This document shows, piece by piece, positions 9,982 to 20,105 of a DNA stretch of 64,000 bases. Origin of the DNA: Bacillota bacterium (GTDB lineage Bacteria; Bacillota; UBA994; UBA5500); NCBI GenBank assembly GCA_029781045.1, contig JAKOXL010000048.1, forward strand, positions 52,261 through 116,260. The letters run 5' to 3'. The notes below the pieces were generated by a model. It was not told the origin of the DNA, did not search any database, and saw nothing but the letters and a program-made list of their open reading frames with translations. How positions within the stretch are numbered: position 1 is the first letter of the stretch; each line of letters begins with the position of its first letter. A program made the translations under genes and the position numbers.

Positions 9982-11175
9982 GTGGCCCAGCTAAGGCCTA
10001 TTCTGCACATAGACCTGGATGCTTTCTTCGCCAGCATCGAGGAGCGGGACCGGCCCGAGCTGCGCGGAAAGCCGATCATCATTGGCGGGCGCCCTGACCA
10101 GCGAGGAGTTGTTTCCACCTGCTCCTATGCGGCCCGCAAGTACGGGGTGCGCTCGGCCATGCCCCTGACGGAGGCCTATCGCCGTTGCCCCCATGGCATC
10201 TTCTTGCCGGGCGATATGGCCAAGTATAAACAGGCCTCGCGCCAGGTATTTGACATTTTCTATCGTTTCACTCCGCTGGTGGAGCCGGTTTCTATCGATG
10301 AGGCCTTCTTGGACTTGACCGGCTGCACCCATCTTTTCGGTGACCCTGTGGCTATCGCACGCCGGATTAAAGAGCTAATCAAACAAGAAGTGGGCATTAC
10401 TGCTTCTGCTGGTCTGGCCCATAACAAATTCCTGGCCAAAGTGGCTTCCGATTTACAAAAGCCTGACGGTCTGGTGTGGATCAAACCAGATCAAATAGCA
10501 GAGGTTTTACACCCACTCCCCATCAGCCGTCTCTGGGGCGTTGGCCCCAAGACGGCCGAGAGGTTAAGCACTCTAGGCATAGGTACAATTGGTGATCTTG
10601 CCACCGTTGATACCCAGGTATTGGCGGGCGCGGTGGGGCAAGCCCAGGCCCAGCATTTGAAGCGGCTGGCTAGAGGCGAAGATGACCGCCCGGTGCAGCC
10701 TGAAAGCGAAATCAAATCCATGGGCCATGAACATACTTTCCCCACCGATGTGGCAGATTTAGACCAAGTAATAGCCGTATTACTACATCTAGCGGAAAGA
10801 GTGGGGCGGCGTCTGCGCCGAGCCGGGTTATACGGCAAAACGGTGACCCTGAAACTGCGTTATCACGACTTTACGACCCTAACACGTAACGCTAGCCTGC
10901 CGGAACCCACCAACTTGGATCAGGTCATCTATCAAACGGGAAAAGAGTTGTTGTTGAGGACTTATAACGGGCAGCCGGTTCGTCTCATCGGCATCAGCCT
11001 GCAGAATCTAACCTCCACTGCCATGCAACAGCTGTCATTCTTGGAGGGCCAAGCCGAAAAGGAAAGGAAAGCAAGGCTGGCACAGACCATGGATAAGATC
11101 AAGAACCGCTTTGGTGAAAACAGTATTACCTACGCCAAAGTAAAAGAGGGCGAACCGGAGTGGGAAGAGCATTAA
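9982..11175 (+). CDS. dinB: DNA polymerase IV (Y-family translesion polymerase)
   Basis: Contains ILHIDLDAFFASIE and the little-finger domain. A GTG start 8 nt after AGGAGG is used; the track ORF starts inside the RBS. Confidence 0.85.
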   Translation: MAQLRPILHIDLDAFFASIEERDRPELRGKPIIIGGRPDQRGVVSTCSYAARKYGVRSAMPLTEAYRRCPHGIFLPGDMAKYKQASRQVFDIFYRFTPLVEPVSIDEAFLDLTGCTHLFGDPVAIARRIKELIKQEVGITASAGLAHNKFLAKVASDLQKPDGLVWIKPDQIAEVLHPLPISRLWGVGPKTAERLSTLGIGTIGDLATVDTQVLAGAVGQAQAQHLKRLARGEDDRPVQPESEIKSMGHEHTFPTDVADLDQVIAVLLHLAERVGRRLRRAGLYGKTVTLKLRYHDFTTLTRNASLPEPTNLDQVIYQTGKELLLRTYNGQPVRLIGISLQNLTSTAMQQLSFLEGQAEKERKARLAQTMDKIKNRFGENSITYAKVKEGEPEWEEH

Positions 11176-11282
11176 GGGGGCGTGTTTCGCCACCCTTTTC
11201 AAATGTTCTGCGGGAACCCCAGTGTCTTTTGTAATGCTAGGGGCATTGGTTATTGAAGTACTCTGGAGTCAAAGAAAACAAG

Positions 11283-11352
11283 GGGCCCGGCTGCCCTTGA
11301 ACCGAGCTTACCTGCTCCGATAAAGGCTGGGCACTAGCTCTCGAACACAACC
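11283..11352. repeat. Intergenic repeat unit, divergent copy C
   Basis: CCCTTGAACCGAGCTTACCTGCTCCGATAAAGGCTGGGCACTAGCTCTCGAACAC is collinear with the A/B core at about 65% identity. Confidence 0.4.
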
Positions 11353-11371
11353 TCAACCCACAGGTGCATAA

Positions 11372-11410
11372 ATAAAAAGGGCTGTTGCGGAACAGCCCTT
11401 GCTCTTGTTT
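11372..11410. terminator. Bidirectional rho-independent terminator between convergent dinB and the ECF S-component gene
   Basis: AAATAAAAA-GGGCTGTT-GCGG-AACAGCCC-TTGCTCTTGTTT. Confidence 0.55.
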
Positions 11411-11996
11411 ATCTTACAACTCTTTCCTGCGTCTTACCGCGTTTTGTCACCGTTAAAAGCGGAAGAATTAAGAAGGCGGAAACAACGGCAGCCAGAATTG
11501 CCTCTGGCACTCCATGCAACACGGCAATGGACAAAGCCGCTTCAACGGTAAACAAATTGATCAGGACAGCCATGGTCAAAACGCCCACTGTGTTAACCAC
11601 AGAACCCACTATGCCGGCCACAGCGGCAGCTACCACCGGTGCCGAAGAACCCAGCCAGCGCTGCAGAAGAAGGTAGGTGGCCCGATACACATAGAAGGCT
11701 GCCACTCCGATAAATAACCGGGCTGGAATAACAGCTATAGCCGGACCCAAATGCAGCGTAAACAAACCGAACAACAAACCTAGGAAGCTACCAACCAGCG
11801 GCCCTTCTAGAATCCCGCCGATTATTACCGGGATGTGCATTGTAGTGGCCGCTCCTGCGGGAGTTGGTACTCCGATTAGTCCCACTCCCGATGCCCCGAG
11901 GGCGATCGTCAATGCGGTTAGCACGCCCACAACAACGATCTGCCTAGTGGACACTTTCAATTCTGCTCCACCTCCGTTCCAGTTTTGGCCTTCCAC
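11409..11996 (-). CDS. ECF-transporter substrate-specific (S) component, substrate unknown
   Basis: The 195-aa product has six TM segments, is Gly/Ala-rich and has the ECF S-component architecture. It is the last gene of the nadA-nadB-nadC-coaX string. Confidence 0.55.
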   Translation of the reverse strand: MEGQNWNGGGAELKVSTRQIVVVGVLTALTIALGASGVGLIGVPTPAGAATTMHIPVIIGGILEGPLVGSFLGLLFGLFTLHLGPAIAVIPARLFIGVAAFYVYRATYLLLQRWLGSSAPVVAAAVAGIVGSVVNTVGVLTMAVLINLFTVEAALSIAVLHGVPEAILAAVVSAFLILPLLTVTKRGKTQERVVR

Positions 11997-12086
11997 GGCA
12001 CAAATACCGGACGTATTTTATTGATCTTACTAGCCTGTCGAGTCCGAAAGGTACCCGCCGCTGGCTAGCAATTTAATTATAGCGCC

Positions 12087-12836
12087 TCACTCCAGCCTTG
12101 GCAACAGACGAGCTATCAGCTGTAGGCCTTCCAGGGTTAGCTCGGGACGGAAGTAATCCACATAGGGGGCCAACTCGTCATGGAGGAAGGTGCCAATCCC
12201 ACCGGTCAACACCACTTTTAGAGGTCCCTCCTCCGCCTGAATACGGGTGATCATACCCCGCACCAACTCGAAATAGCCGAAATAGATGCCTGACTGCAGA
12301 CAGGCGGTAGTATTATCTTGAATCACCTTATCCATTTTTTGCAGGGTGAAATCTTTGAGCAAAGCCGTTCCCTGAATCATGGCCTTGATGGATAACTCCA
12401 TCCCGGGCACAATGCTGGTGCCCAAGTAGAGGCCGTCTTTGATTACGCAGAATGTAGATGCGGTTCCCAGATCAACGTTAAGAATGTTACCGCCGTAATC
12501 ATGATGGCTAATAACCGCATTGACAAACAGATCAGCCCCTAGTTCGTGTTCATAATCAACGGTGGTAAAACGTATGCCCAGATCAGCCCGCGGCTTAACC
12601 AACTCGGGCGCCATCCCCCAAAGCTCACGGGTGGCGGCCGCCAGCGCCGAAGCAGCTTGCGGCACCACCGATGCCAAAAGAATACGGGTAGGAGCCACTA
12701 GCGAGATCGCCTTCAGCCACTGAACATAATGCTCCACTCTTGGCACAGTAGCCGTTGCATAGTGGGGGCTCCTGTGACTCTTTTCATAAACAACCGCATG
12801 GGTGCGGGTGTTCCCCATGTTTATTGTCAGCAACAT
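12087..12836 (-). CDS. coaX: Type III pantothenate kinase
   Basis: Starts MLLTINMGNTRTH and has the GTASTF..G motifs of the CoaX/Bvg fold. Confidence 0.8.
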   Translation of the reverse strand: MLLTINMGNTRTHAVVYEKSHRSPHYATATVPRVEHYVQWLKAISLVAPTRILLASVVPQAASALAAATRELWGMAPELVKPRADLGIRFTTVDYEHELGADLFVNAVISHHDYGGNILNVDLGTASTFCVIKDGLYLGTSIVPGMELSIKAMIQGTALLKDFTLQKMDKVIQDNTTACLQSGIYFGYFELVRGMITRIQAEEGPLKVVLTGGIGTFLHDELAPYVDYFRPELTLEGLQLIARLLPRLE

Positions 12837-12907
12837 CGCTCTCCCTCTTTCTGGAACGGACTTCAAAGACGCCCCGCTAGGGCCCTTGGCCTTACGGGGC
12901 GGGTACA

Positions 12908-13780
12908 TTAATTATTCTCATGCTCAACGGCCTGCGGTTGTTCCAGCTCGATATCAAGGCTAATATCGAGGGCCCGCACACTGTGGGTGATGGCACCAAC
13001 CGAGATATAGTCAACTCCCGTCTTGGCCACTTCCACAATATTCTCCTCCGTAATACCCCCTGAAGCCTCCAGAATTGCCTTGCCTTGGGCCAACTTAACG
13101 GCCTCTTTCATGATCTCAACAGACATATTGTCCAACATTATGATGTCGGCCCGGCTCTCCAGTGCCTCACAAAGCTGCTCCAGTGTTTCCACTTCCACTT
13201 CAATCTTAGTGGTATGTCCAATACGTCGGCGGGCAGCAATTACCGCTTCTTTAATACCTCCCGCCACCGCAATGTGGTTATCCTTAATCAGGATGGCGTC
13301 ATAGAGGCCAAAGCGATGGTTGTAGCCACCACCCATGCGAACCGCGTACTTTTCCAACAGACGCAAACCCGGGGTGGTCTTACGAGTGTCGACTATACGG
13401 GCTTGGTAGAATTTGATGGCCTCCGCTAGACGCGAAGTACGCGTTGCTATACCTGAAAGATGCTGCAAAAAGTTGAGAGAAACCCTTTCGGCCTGCAGAA
13501 TGGAACGGGCTGAACCACTGACATAGGCCAAGGTTGAGCCAGCTGTGGCCACAAAACCGTCATCCACCAACAAGTCCACCTGCAGGGTGGGGTCTACCTG
13601 TAAGAAAACCTGCTTAAATAGAGGCAACCCAGCAATCACCCCATCCACCTTTGTCCAAACCCGCGCTTTGGCCTGACGGTCGGCAGGGATGATGGCTTCC
13701 GTAGTGATATCGCCTGTCCAAATATCTTCTTCCAACGCACGCTTAATTAGATCTAAGATAAATGGGCTATGCCAATTCAT
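12908..13780 (-). CDS. nadC: Nicotinate-nucleotide diphosphorylase (carboxylating)
   Basis: 290-aa QAPRTase containing DITT. Confidence 0.9.
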   Translation of the reverse strand: MNWHSPFILDLIKRALEEDIWTGDITTEAIIPADRQAKARVWTKVDGVIAGLPLFKQVFLQVDPTLQVDLLVDDGFVATAGSTLAYVSGSARSILQAERVSLNFLQHLSGIATRTSRLAEAIKFYQARIVDTRKTTPGLRLLEKYAVRMGGGYNHRFGLYDAILIKDNHIAVAGGIKEAVIAARRRIGHTTKIEVEVETLEQLCEALESRADIIMLDNMSVEIMKEAVKLAQGKAILEASGGITEENIVEVAKTGVDYISVGAITHSVRALDISLDIELEQPQAVEHENN

Positions 13781-13796
13781 ACTTATCCCCCCTTCC

Positions 13797-15410
13797 TCAC
13801 TCTACTAAGGTCCAATTATCTCCTTGTATCACAATATGCCTTAACCACTGATCGTCGTTCTGCCGCGGGTAATCTTCTCGAAAGTGCCCACCACGTGATT
13901 CCGTCCGCAGACGAGCCGCCCGACATATCAACTGGGCTACAATGTGCAGATTGATGGTCTCCAAGTGCTTCCCATTGCTAATAGGTCTAAGCAGCTGCTG
14001 TCCAATCTGCTCCAACTCCACTTGCGCTCGCTGCAAACCGATATCGTTACGTTTTAGTCCCGCTTCCTGCCACATTAACCGTTGTATTGCACTTCTTAGT
14101 TCCATAATATCCGTTGTGGCCATTGTTAAACCTGCTGGGCCTTCAGCACTAAGTCGGAGCTGCCAAAGGCTTTGCTGGCTGATGGCAGAACGGTCATGAT
14201 GGGCCACTGCGGCAACACGATGACCAAAAACCAGTCCTTCCAAAAGAGAATTGCTTGCCAGACGGTTGGCTCCGTGTAGACCGGAACAGGCGGCCTCTCC
14301 ACAGGCATAGAGGCCAGCGATATTGGTACGACCTAGGTAATCAACCCGAATACCGCCCATAAAATAATGGGCTACGGGAGCCACCGGGATAAGGTCATGC
14401 CGGATATCCAATCCGTACTTCTGACAAGTCTTGAACACAGTGGGGAAACGTTGGGTCAAATCAACTCCCTGTATGGGGCGCATATCTAACCAGACATGGT
14501 CACTTTCCGTCGCTTCCATCGCCTCCACAATAGCCCGTGCCACCACATTACGCGGTGCCAACTCGGCGAGGGGATGCACGGAGGGCATAAAGCGGTGTCC
14601 ATTTACATCTAACAAATGAGCACCTTCACCCCGCACCGCTTCCGTTATTAAGGCGCAAGGAGCTCCGACCAAGCGCAGGGCTGTGGGATGAAACTGGTAG
14701 AACTCCATGTCCATCAAGGCGGCACCGGCCCGGAAAGCCATAGCAAGCCCATCACCGGTAACAACGGGTGAGTTGGTGGTATACTTGTATACCTGCCCGG
14801 CGCCGCCGGTAGCCAGAATAGTGGCCTTTGCCAAATAGGCGGTGAGCTGCCCAGCCCTACTTAGACCTAAAGCGCCGTAACACTGCCCCTCTTCGGTCAG
14901 CAAGTCGACGGCGCTAGTAGCATCCACCACCTGAATATTATCGTTGGTCAAAGCCGCCCTGACCAGAGCCCTTTCGATCTCTAACCCGGTGGCATCGCCA
15001 CCGGCATGCAGCACCCGGCTGCGACTATGACCACCTTCTCTAGTCAAGGCAATTCCTTGCCGCTGTTGATCAAATCGGGCCCCCAGAGCAATGAGGTCTT
15101 GTATCCGGGCAGGAGCCTCTTTCACTAGGATAGCCACCGCTTCCTTGTCACAAAGCCCAGCTCCAGCAGTAATAGTATCGGCCCAGTGCTGTTGCCAACT
15201 GTCGTCGGGACCAATGGCCGCCGCAATACCACCTTGGGCATAGCGGGTATTTCCCTCCAGCAACTCTTTTGTCAGCAACAGTACTCGGCCGTATTGGCTG
15301 GCCTTGATGGCAGTAAAGAGACCGGCTACCCCACTACCTATCACCAAGAAATCGGTTACCTGTTTGTTGAGATGAGCTAGATCAAACCCCATCAGGTAGC
15401 GAGTTGCCAT
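13797..15410 (-). CDS. nadB: L-aspartate oxidase
   Basis: FAD-binding VIGSGVAG and the succinate-dehydrogenase/fumarate-reductase flavoprotein fold. Confidence 0.9.
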   Translation of the reverse strand: MATRYLMGFDLAHLNKQVTDFLVIGSGVAGLFTAIKASQYGRVLLLTKELLEGNTRYAQGGIAAAIGPDDSWQQHWADTITAGAGLCDKEAVAILVKEAPARIQDLIALGARFDQQRQGIALTREGGHSRSRVLHAGGDATGLEIERALVRAALTNDNIQVVDATSAVDLLTEEGQCYGALGLSRAGQLTAYLAKATILATGGAGQVYKYTTNSPVVTGDGLAMAFRAGAALMDMEFYQFHPTALRLVGAPCALITEAVRGEGAHLLDVNGHRFMPSVHPLAELAPRNVVARAIVEAMEATESDHVWLDMRPIQGVDLTQRFPTVFKTCQKYGLDIRHDLIPVAPVAHYFMGGIRVDYLGRTNIAGLYACGEAACSGLHGANRLASNSLLEGLVFGHRVAAVAHHDRSAISQQSLWQLRLSAEGPAGLTMATTDIMELRSAIQRLMWQEAGLKRNDIGLQRAQVELEQIGQQLLRPISNGKHLETINLHIVAQLICRAARLRTESRGGHFREDYPRQNDDQWLRHIVIQGDNWTLVE

Positions 15411-15429
15411 GAAAAAGCCTCCATTTGCT

Positions 15430-16341
15430 TTACTTGATAGCCAGCATCCTATCTAAAGCCTGTTTCGCTTTCCGGCGAATATCGTCGGGCACCGTAATCC
15501 GCGGTTCCATGTGCTCAAGAGCCCGCACCGTTTTTTCCAAGGTATTGGCTTTCATATTGGGGCAGATCAAATCGGGCGATGCCAGATAAAACTTCTTGTT
15601 CGGGTTCTGCCGCCGCATCATGAACAGAATACCGGCCTCCGTACCCACAATAAACTCGGCGGCTTCCGATTCCCGTACAAACTTGAGCATACCAGCCGTA
15701 CTAGCCACATGGTCCGCCGCTGCACTTACCTCGGGACGGCATTCGGGGTGCACCACAGTGAGAGCCTGCGGATGCTGGGCCTTCACTTGCTCCAACTGTT
15801 CCAAGGTTAAGTGATCATGGGTATGGCAATAACCTTCCCAGACTATTACTTCTTTCTCGGTATGACGGGCCACATAACGACCCAAATTGCGATCAGGAGT
15901 GAAAATCACCTTTTTTGCATCTAGAGAGTTTACTACCTTAATGGCATTGGATGAAGTACAACAAATGTCGCTCTCTGCCTTTACCGCAGCTGTGGTATTC
16001 ACATAGCTGACAACCGCCGCATCAGGATGTTGGGCCTTCAAAGCCCGTAAGCCTTCCACATCAACCATTGCGGCCATGGGACAACCAGCTCGCGGCTCTG
16101 GCAACAGAACAATCTTATCGGGAGAGAGTATGGCAGCACTCTCGGCCATAAAGTGGACGCCGCAAAAGACAATGACTTCAGCATCAGTAGCAGCTGCCTG
16201 CTGGCTTAGACCAAAAGAGTCGCCGATGAAGTCAGCCACTTCTTGAATCTCGTCTCGTTGGTAATAGTGGGCAAGAATGATCGCACGACGCTCTTTCTTC
16301 AGCTCCAGCAGTCGCTGCTTTAATGCATCCACGGTTGACAT
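15430..16341 (-). CDS. nadA: Quinolinate synthase
   Basis: About 304-aa NadA fold. The start is taken at the second ATG, with AAGGAG upstream. Confidence 0.9.
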   Translation of the reverse strand: MSTVDALKQRLLELKKERRAIILAHYYQRDEIQEVADFIGDSFGLSQQAAATDAEVIVFCGVHFMAESAAILSPDKIVLLPEPRAGCPMAAMVDVEGLRALKAQHPDAAVVSYVNTTAAVKAESDICCTSSNAIKVVNSLDAKKVIFTPDRNLGRYVARHTEKEVIVWEGYCHTHDHLTLEQLEQVKAQHPQALTVVHPECRPEVSAAADHVASTAGMLKFVRESEAAEFIVGTEAGILFMMRRQNPNKKFYLASPDLICPNMKANTLEKTVRALEHMEPRITVPDDIRRKAKQALDRMLAIK

Positions 16342-16539
16342 CCCATTTGACACTCCTTCGGAATTATGCTCCTCATTAATGGCAACTAGTTAGCCTTTAA
16401 ACTTTTCTCTCTGTCTAATTAATCATCACAATTCTATACTTCGCCCCCCAACCTGTCAATTGCGGGGGACTCCTGGCAGGCAGGAATCGCCACCAAACGA
16501 GTGGAACTAGATAGGGAATCAAACTAGGGGGAAGAACAT

Positions 16540-17895
16540 ATGTCACCTAAAAATCCGCAGTTACATCCTTTAGTCCTCTGGATCTGCCTTCTAGGTGGAA
16601 CGATCGCCCTAGCGGCCATAGGCATCACACTCCTGGTACTGGTGCCCAATAGTATGGGGATAAACGACGCCGACTATGTCATCAACAGCGCCTTTTCTTT
16701 TGATGAATGGGAGATTAGCACCCGCAACGGAATTATCAGCTTTCCCGAGGGCGGGCTGGCAGTAGAAGCCTACCAAAACCAGCGCTTAGCTGCCTTTGTG
16801 ATCTGGGGAAAAGCAGTTTTGAACCCAGTTGACCTGCAGTTGGACGTATCCCAATTAGACAACGTTCAACTGACTGTCATCTTCATGTCGGATAAGGAAC
16901 TTCTGGCCGCCCGTGGCAGTACTTACATCCGCGCCACCGACTCACCGGACGGCTACCAGCAGGCAGCCCAGCTATTAGCCAGCGAAAAGCGCCACTTGCC
17001 ACTGTTGCAGGTTTTTGGCAGTGAACGGATCTATCCCTTCCCCGCGGGAGTAGCTCGCGCCGTGTTTTTCAGCAGCGAAGGGGAACGCCATGTTTTCCAA
17101 GACGGTATGCAGGTCAGTCTACAAGGACCGGATGGCAAGCAAAGCGTGCGTCCGGCCATGACCAATCGTTCCCACCCCTCCTTATTAGAAGGGGTGTTAG
17201 CCACTGCTTTATATGGTTGTTGTATTCTCATTCTTCATATAGCCACCTACTTCGCTACTCTAGGTAAGCATCCCAAGCAGAAGCCTGTTTTCACCTCGGC
17301 CAAAACACTGTGGACTTCTATGGCCTTGGCTATCTTCTATACCCTAGGCGCCGGGCTGCTCACCCGGCTGCAGCTGAGTCCCGTGGTCAAGATCACCTAT
17401 GATAGCCTTTTCCTCTTCTTCTTCAGCTACTCACGGAGCATGGGACAGCTTCGCCCCCTTCCCAGGCCCCGTTCTCTACTGTCCCATCTGGGATTAGGGT
17501 TACTACTAGGAGGCTTGGCGGTCTTCTTAGGGCAACTGGCACCACCACGGGGACTGGCTCCCCTGGCCTTGGGAGATCTCATTCTGCTCATAGGTGGTGG
17601 CATAATCATGGCCTTGACACAAGAGATGCTATGGCACCAGTTGCTGTTAGAGCGGTTGACCCAACGCCTAGGAGAAATGCGCGGACTTATTCTAGCGGCT
17701 GCCTTCCAAGGAGCCTTAGCCTTTCTCCTCTGGTTGCTTAACCCCTTTTCTACTTTGGGGCCGTTAAATACACTGGTTTTCGTTACCTTACAGGCTTTGT
17801 GGCTAGGCTATACCTACCAGCGTACCAAGAATCTGGTGGTTCTCTCAACTATTAGCGCATGCCTGGCTATAGTACCCCAGTTGCTATTATTCTAG
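16540..17895 (+). CDS. Membrane protein with an N-terminal TM anchor, an extracytoplasmic domain of about 200 aa, and a C-terminal multi-TM region resembling a degenerate CPBP/Abi domain
   Basis: 451 aa with a GGGAAG RBS. The C-terminus has EMLWHQLLLERL and Leu-rich helices but lacks the canonical EExxxR, FxxxH and HxxxN triad. Confidence 0.4.
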   Translation: MSPKNPQLHPLVLWICLLGGTIALAAIGITLLVLVPNSMGINDADYVINSAFSFDEWEISTRNGIISFPEGGLAVEAYQNQRLAAFVIWGKAVLNPVDLQLDVSQLDNVQLTVIFMSDKELLAARGSTYIRATDSPDGYQQAAQLLASEKRHLPLLQVFGSERIYPFPAGVARAVFFSSEGERHVFQDGMQVSLQGPDGKQSVRPAMTNRSHPSLLEGVLATALYGCCILILHIATYFATLGKHPKQKPVFTSAKTLWTSMALAIFYTLGAGLLTRLQLSPVVKITYDSLFLFFFSYSRSMGQLRPLPRPRSLLSHLGLGLLLGGLAVFLGQLAPPRGLAPLALGDLILLIGGGIIMALTQEMLWHQLLLERLTQRLGEMRGLILAAAFQGALAFLLWLLNPFSTLGPLNTLVFVTLQALWLGYTYQRTKNLVVLSTISACLAIVPQLLLF

Positions 17896-17907
17896 GGTTC
17901 TCTAAGT

Positions 17908-17944
17908 GGGGCTGTCGCAGAGAAAGATCCTCTGCACAGCCCCC
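17908..17944 (+). terminator. Hairpin after the membrane-protein gene
   Basis: GGGGCTGTCGCAGAG-AAAGATC-CTCTGCACAGCCCC is a 14-bp stem with one bulge. The 3' T-run is weak. Confidence 0.3.
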
Positions 17945-18164
17945 TTCATGTCTGAACACATGGGGACGGTCGCACCAAGGTTTTCCCTGCACCCGAGCTG
18001 GTACTGCTATAGAGCCGCGGGTAACCCACAGTCCGTTGAGGCCAGTATTCAGTAGAGCGAGGGAGCTAAAAAAGCAGCGACAACAGGCCGAGCAGTCTTT
18101 GGCTGTATTGAAATAGGACCTCAGCTTCCCACATCCCGACAGTTTCAACAGGGCAACTGGCTAC

Positions 18165-18243
18165 GAGTGCCGTCGCTGCCCTTGGCGAACTGAGCTCATT
18201 CCGCCACAGGTTGGGCACAGGCGCTCTAGTATGACCACGGCCC
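18165..18243. repeat. Intergenic repeat unit, copy B
   Basis: Near-identical to copy A (9832-9910) and followed 12 nt later by the terminator hairpin at 18255-18290. Confidence 0.6.
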
Positions 18244-18254
18244 TCCCAACTGCA

Positions 18255-18290
18255 ACAAAAAAGGGCTGTTTCGCGACAGCCCCTTTTGAG
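18255..18290. terminator. Rho-independent terminator immediately 3' of repeat B
   Basis: AACAAAAAA-GGGCTGT-TTCGCG-ACAGCCC-CTTTTG. Confidence 0.5.
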
Positions 18291-18331
18291 AACGGCCAGC
18301 TCAGTAGGGATCGCCCATATGGTGACCGGCG

Positions 18332-18374
18332 TAAGAGCAACAAAGAATGGCGTGTCGCGCCACGTTTTTCAAAG
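18332..18374 (-). terminator. Long hairpin about 50 nt downstream of the fhs stop
   Basis: GGCGTGTCGC with a 23-nt loop pairs GCGACACGCC. On the minus strand it is followed by ATTCTTTGTT. Confidence 0.35.
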
Positions 18375-18422
18375 ACGTCTTGCGACACGCCAACTCTTTT
18401 ATCCTAGTTCAACCGGGTTGCT

Positions 18423-20093
18423 CTAGAACAAACCGGTCACTTTACCATCAGCGTCAATGTCAATATCCACTGCTGCTGGCCGTTTGGGCAAACCAGGCAT
18501 GGTCATAATCTCCCCAGTAATAGCCACTAGGAAACCAGCGCCAACGGAAGCTCGAACTTCCCGCACCGTGATAGTGAAGCCCGATGGGCGTCCGATAAGC
18601 TTCGGATTGTCGGAGAGTGAATACTGGGTCTTGGCCATACAGATGGGTAGTTTGTCCAAGCCGAGACGGGTGTAGTTGCGAATGGCCGTATTGGCCTCGC
18701 TGGTATACTCAACCCCATCGGCACCGTAGATTTCCTTGGCGATCACAGCAATCTTATCCTTGATGCTCATATCGAGAGAATAGAGCGGTTCGAAGTTGGA
18801 AACCTTCTCTTCCAGTTCCTTAATAACAGTCTGAGCCAGCTCTATACCGCCTTCGCCACCCTTAGCAAACACTTCGGAGAGGGCGCAAGGAACACCCATC
18901 TCGGCGCACTTGGCTTTGATCAGATCCAATTCGGCTTCGGTATCGGTGGGGAAACGGTTAATGGCAACGACTGCCGGCACCTTGAACTTAGCCACGTTTT
19001 CAATATGTTTAGCCAAGTTGGCAAAGCCCCGCTCCACAGCGCCCAAATCTTCATTGGCCAGATCTTCTTTGCTGGCACCACCATGTAGCTTCAGAGCCCG
19101 GGCGGTGGCCACGATTACGGTAAGATCGGGCTTCAGGTTGCCGTAACGAGAAACGATGTTGAAGAACTTCTCAGCACCTAGGTCAGCGCCGAAACCGGCT
19201 TCCGTTAAGAAGATGTCAGCCAGTTTGAGACCCATCTTGGTAGCGATGAGTGAGTTGGTACCGTGGGCAATGTTGGCGAAAGGACCACCATGGACAAAGG
19301 CCGGCCCATTCTCCAAAGTCTGGACCAGGTTAGGCTTAATGGCGTCCTTGAGCAGGAGGGTCATGGCGCCCTGAACTCCCAGGTCAGCCACGGTTACCGG
19401 CTTACGATCATATGTATAGGCCACAATCATGCGGCTGAGGCGCGCTTTCAGATCCATGAGATCGCTGGCCAAGCACAAGATGGCCATTACCTCAGAAGCT
19501 ACCGTAATGTCAAAACCGTCCTCCCGCGGCACACCATTGTTGGGCCCGCCCAGACCAATGATGATGTTACGCAGTGCCCGCTCATTCATGTCCATGGCCC
19601 GACGCCACACGATACGACGGGGATCAATGTTGAGCTCATTGCCTTGCTGCAAATGGTTATCTATAACGGCAGCCAACAGATTGTGGGCCGTGGTAATAGC
19701 GTGCAAGTCACCGGTAAAATGCAGGTTGATGTCGGCCATAGGCACTACTTGGGAGTACCCGCCACCAGCAGCGCCACCCTTCACACCGAAGCTAGGACCC
19801 AGAGAGGGTTCACGTAGAGCAATGACCGTCTTCTTACCTAGACGGGCCAAAGCCTGACCCAGACCAACGGTAGTAGTGGTCTTACCCTCACCAGCGGCCG
19901 TCGGGTTAATGGCGGTTACCAACACCAGTTTGCCATCGGGCTTGTCTTGTAGCCGTTTCCAAACTGACAGATCAACTTTGGCCTTATACTTGCCGTAGAG
20001 CTCCAGTTCATCTTCCGAAATGCCGAGCTGAGCTGCGATTTCCACAATGGGTTTAAGCTTTGCCTCTTGGGCGATTTGAATATCAGTCTTCAT
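18423..20093 (-). CDS. fhs: Formate--tetrahydrofolate ligase
   Basis: 556 aa; [13 protein letters not shown]-loop, full length. Confidence 0.95.
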   Translation of the reverse strand: MKTDIQIAQEAKLKPIVEIAAQLGISEDELELYGKYKAKVDLSVWKRLQDKPDGKLVLVTAINPTAAGEGKTTTTVGLGQALARLGKKTVIALREPSLGPSFGVKGGAAGGGYSQVVPMADINLHFTGDLHAITTAHNLLAAVIDNHLQQGNELNIDPRRIVWRRAMDMNERALRNIIIGLGGPNNGVPREDGFDITVASEVMAILCLASDLMDLKARLSRMIVAYTYDRKPVTVADLGVQGAMTLLLKDAIKPNLVQTLENGPAFVHGGPFANIAHGTNSLIATKMGLKLADIFLTEAGFGADLGAEKFFNIVSRYGNLKPDLTVIVATARALKLHGGASKEDLANEDLGAVERGFANLAKHIENVAKFKVPAVVAINRFPTDTEAELDLIKAKCAEMGVPCALSEVFAKGGEGGIELAQTVIKELEEKVSNFEPLYSLDMSIKDKIAVIAKEIYGADGVEYTSEANTAIRNYTRLGLDKLPICMAKTQYSLSDNPKLIGRPSGFTITVREVRASVGAGFLVAITGEIMTMPGLPKRPAAVDIDIDADGKVTGLF

Positions 20094-20105
20094 AGCAGTG
20101 CCTCC

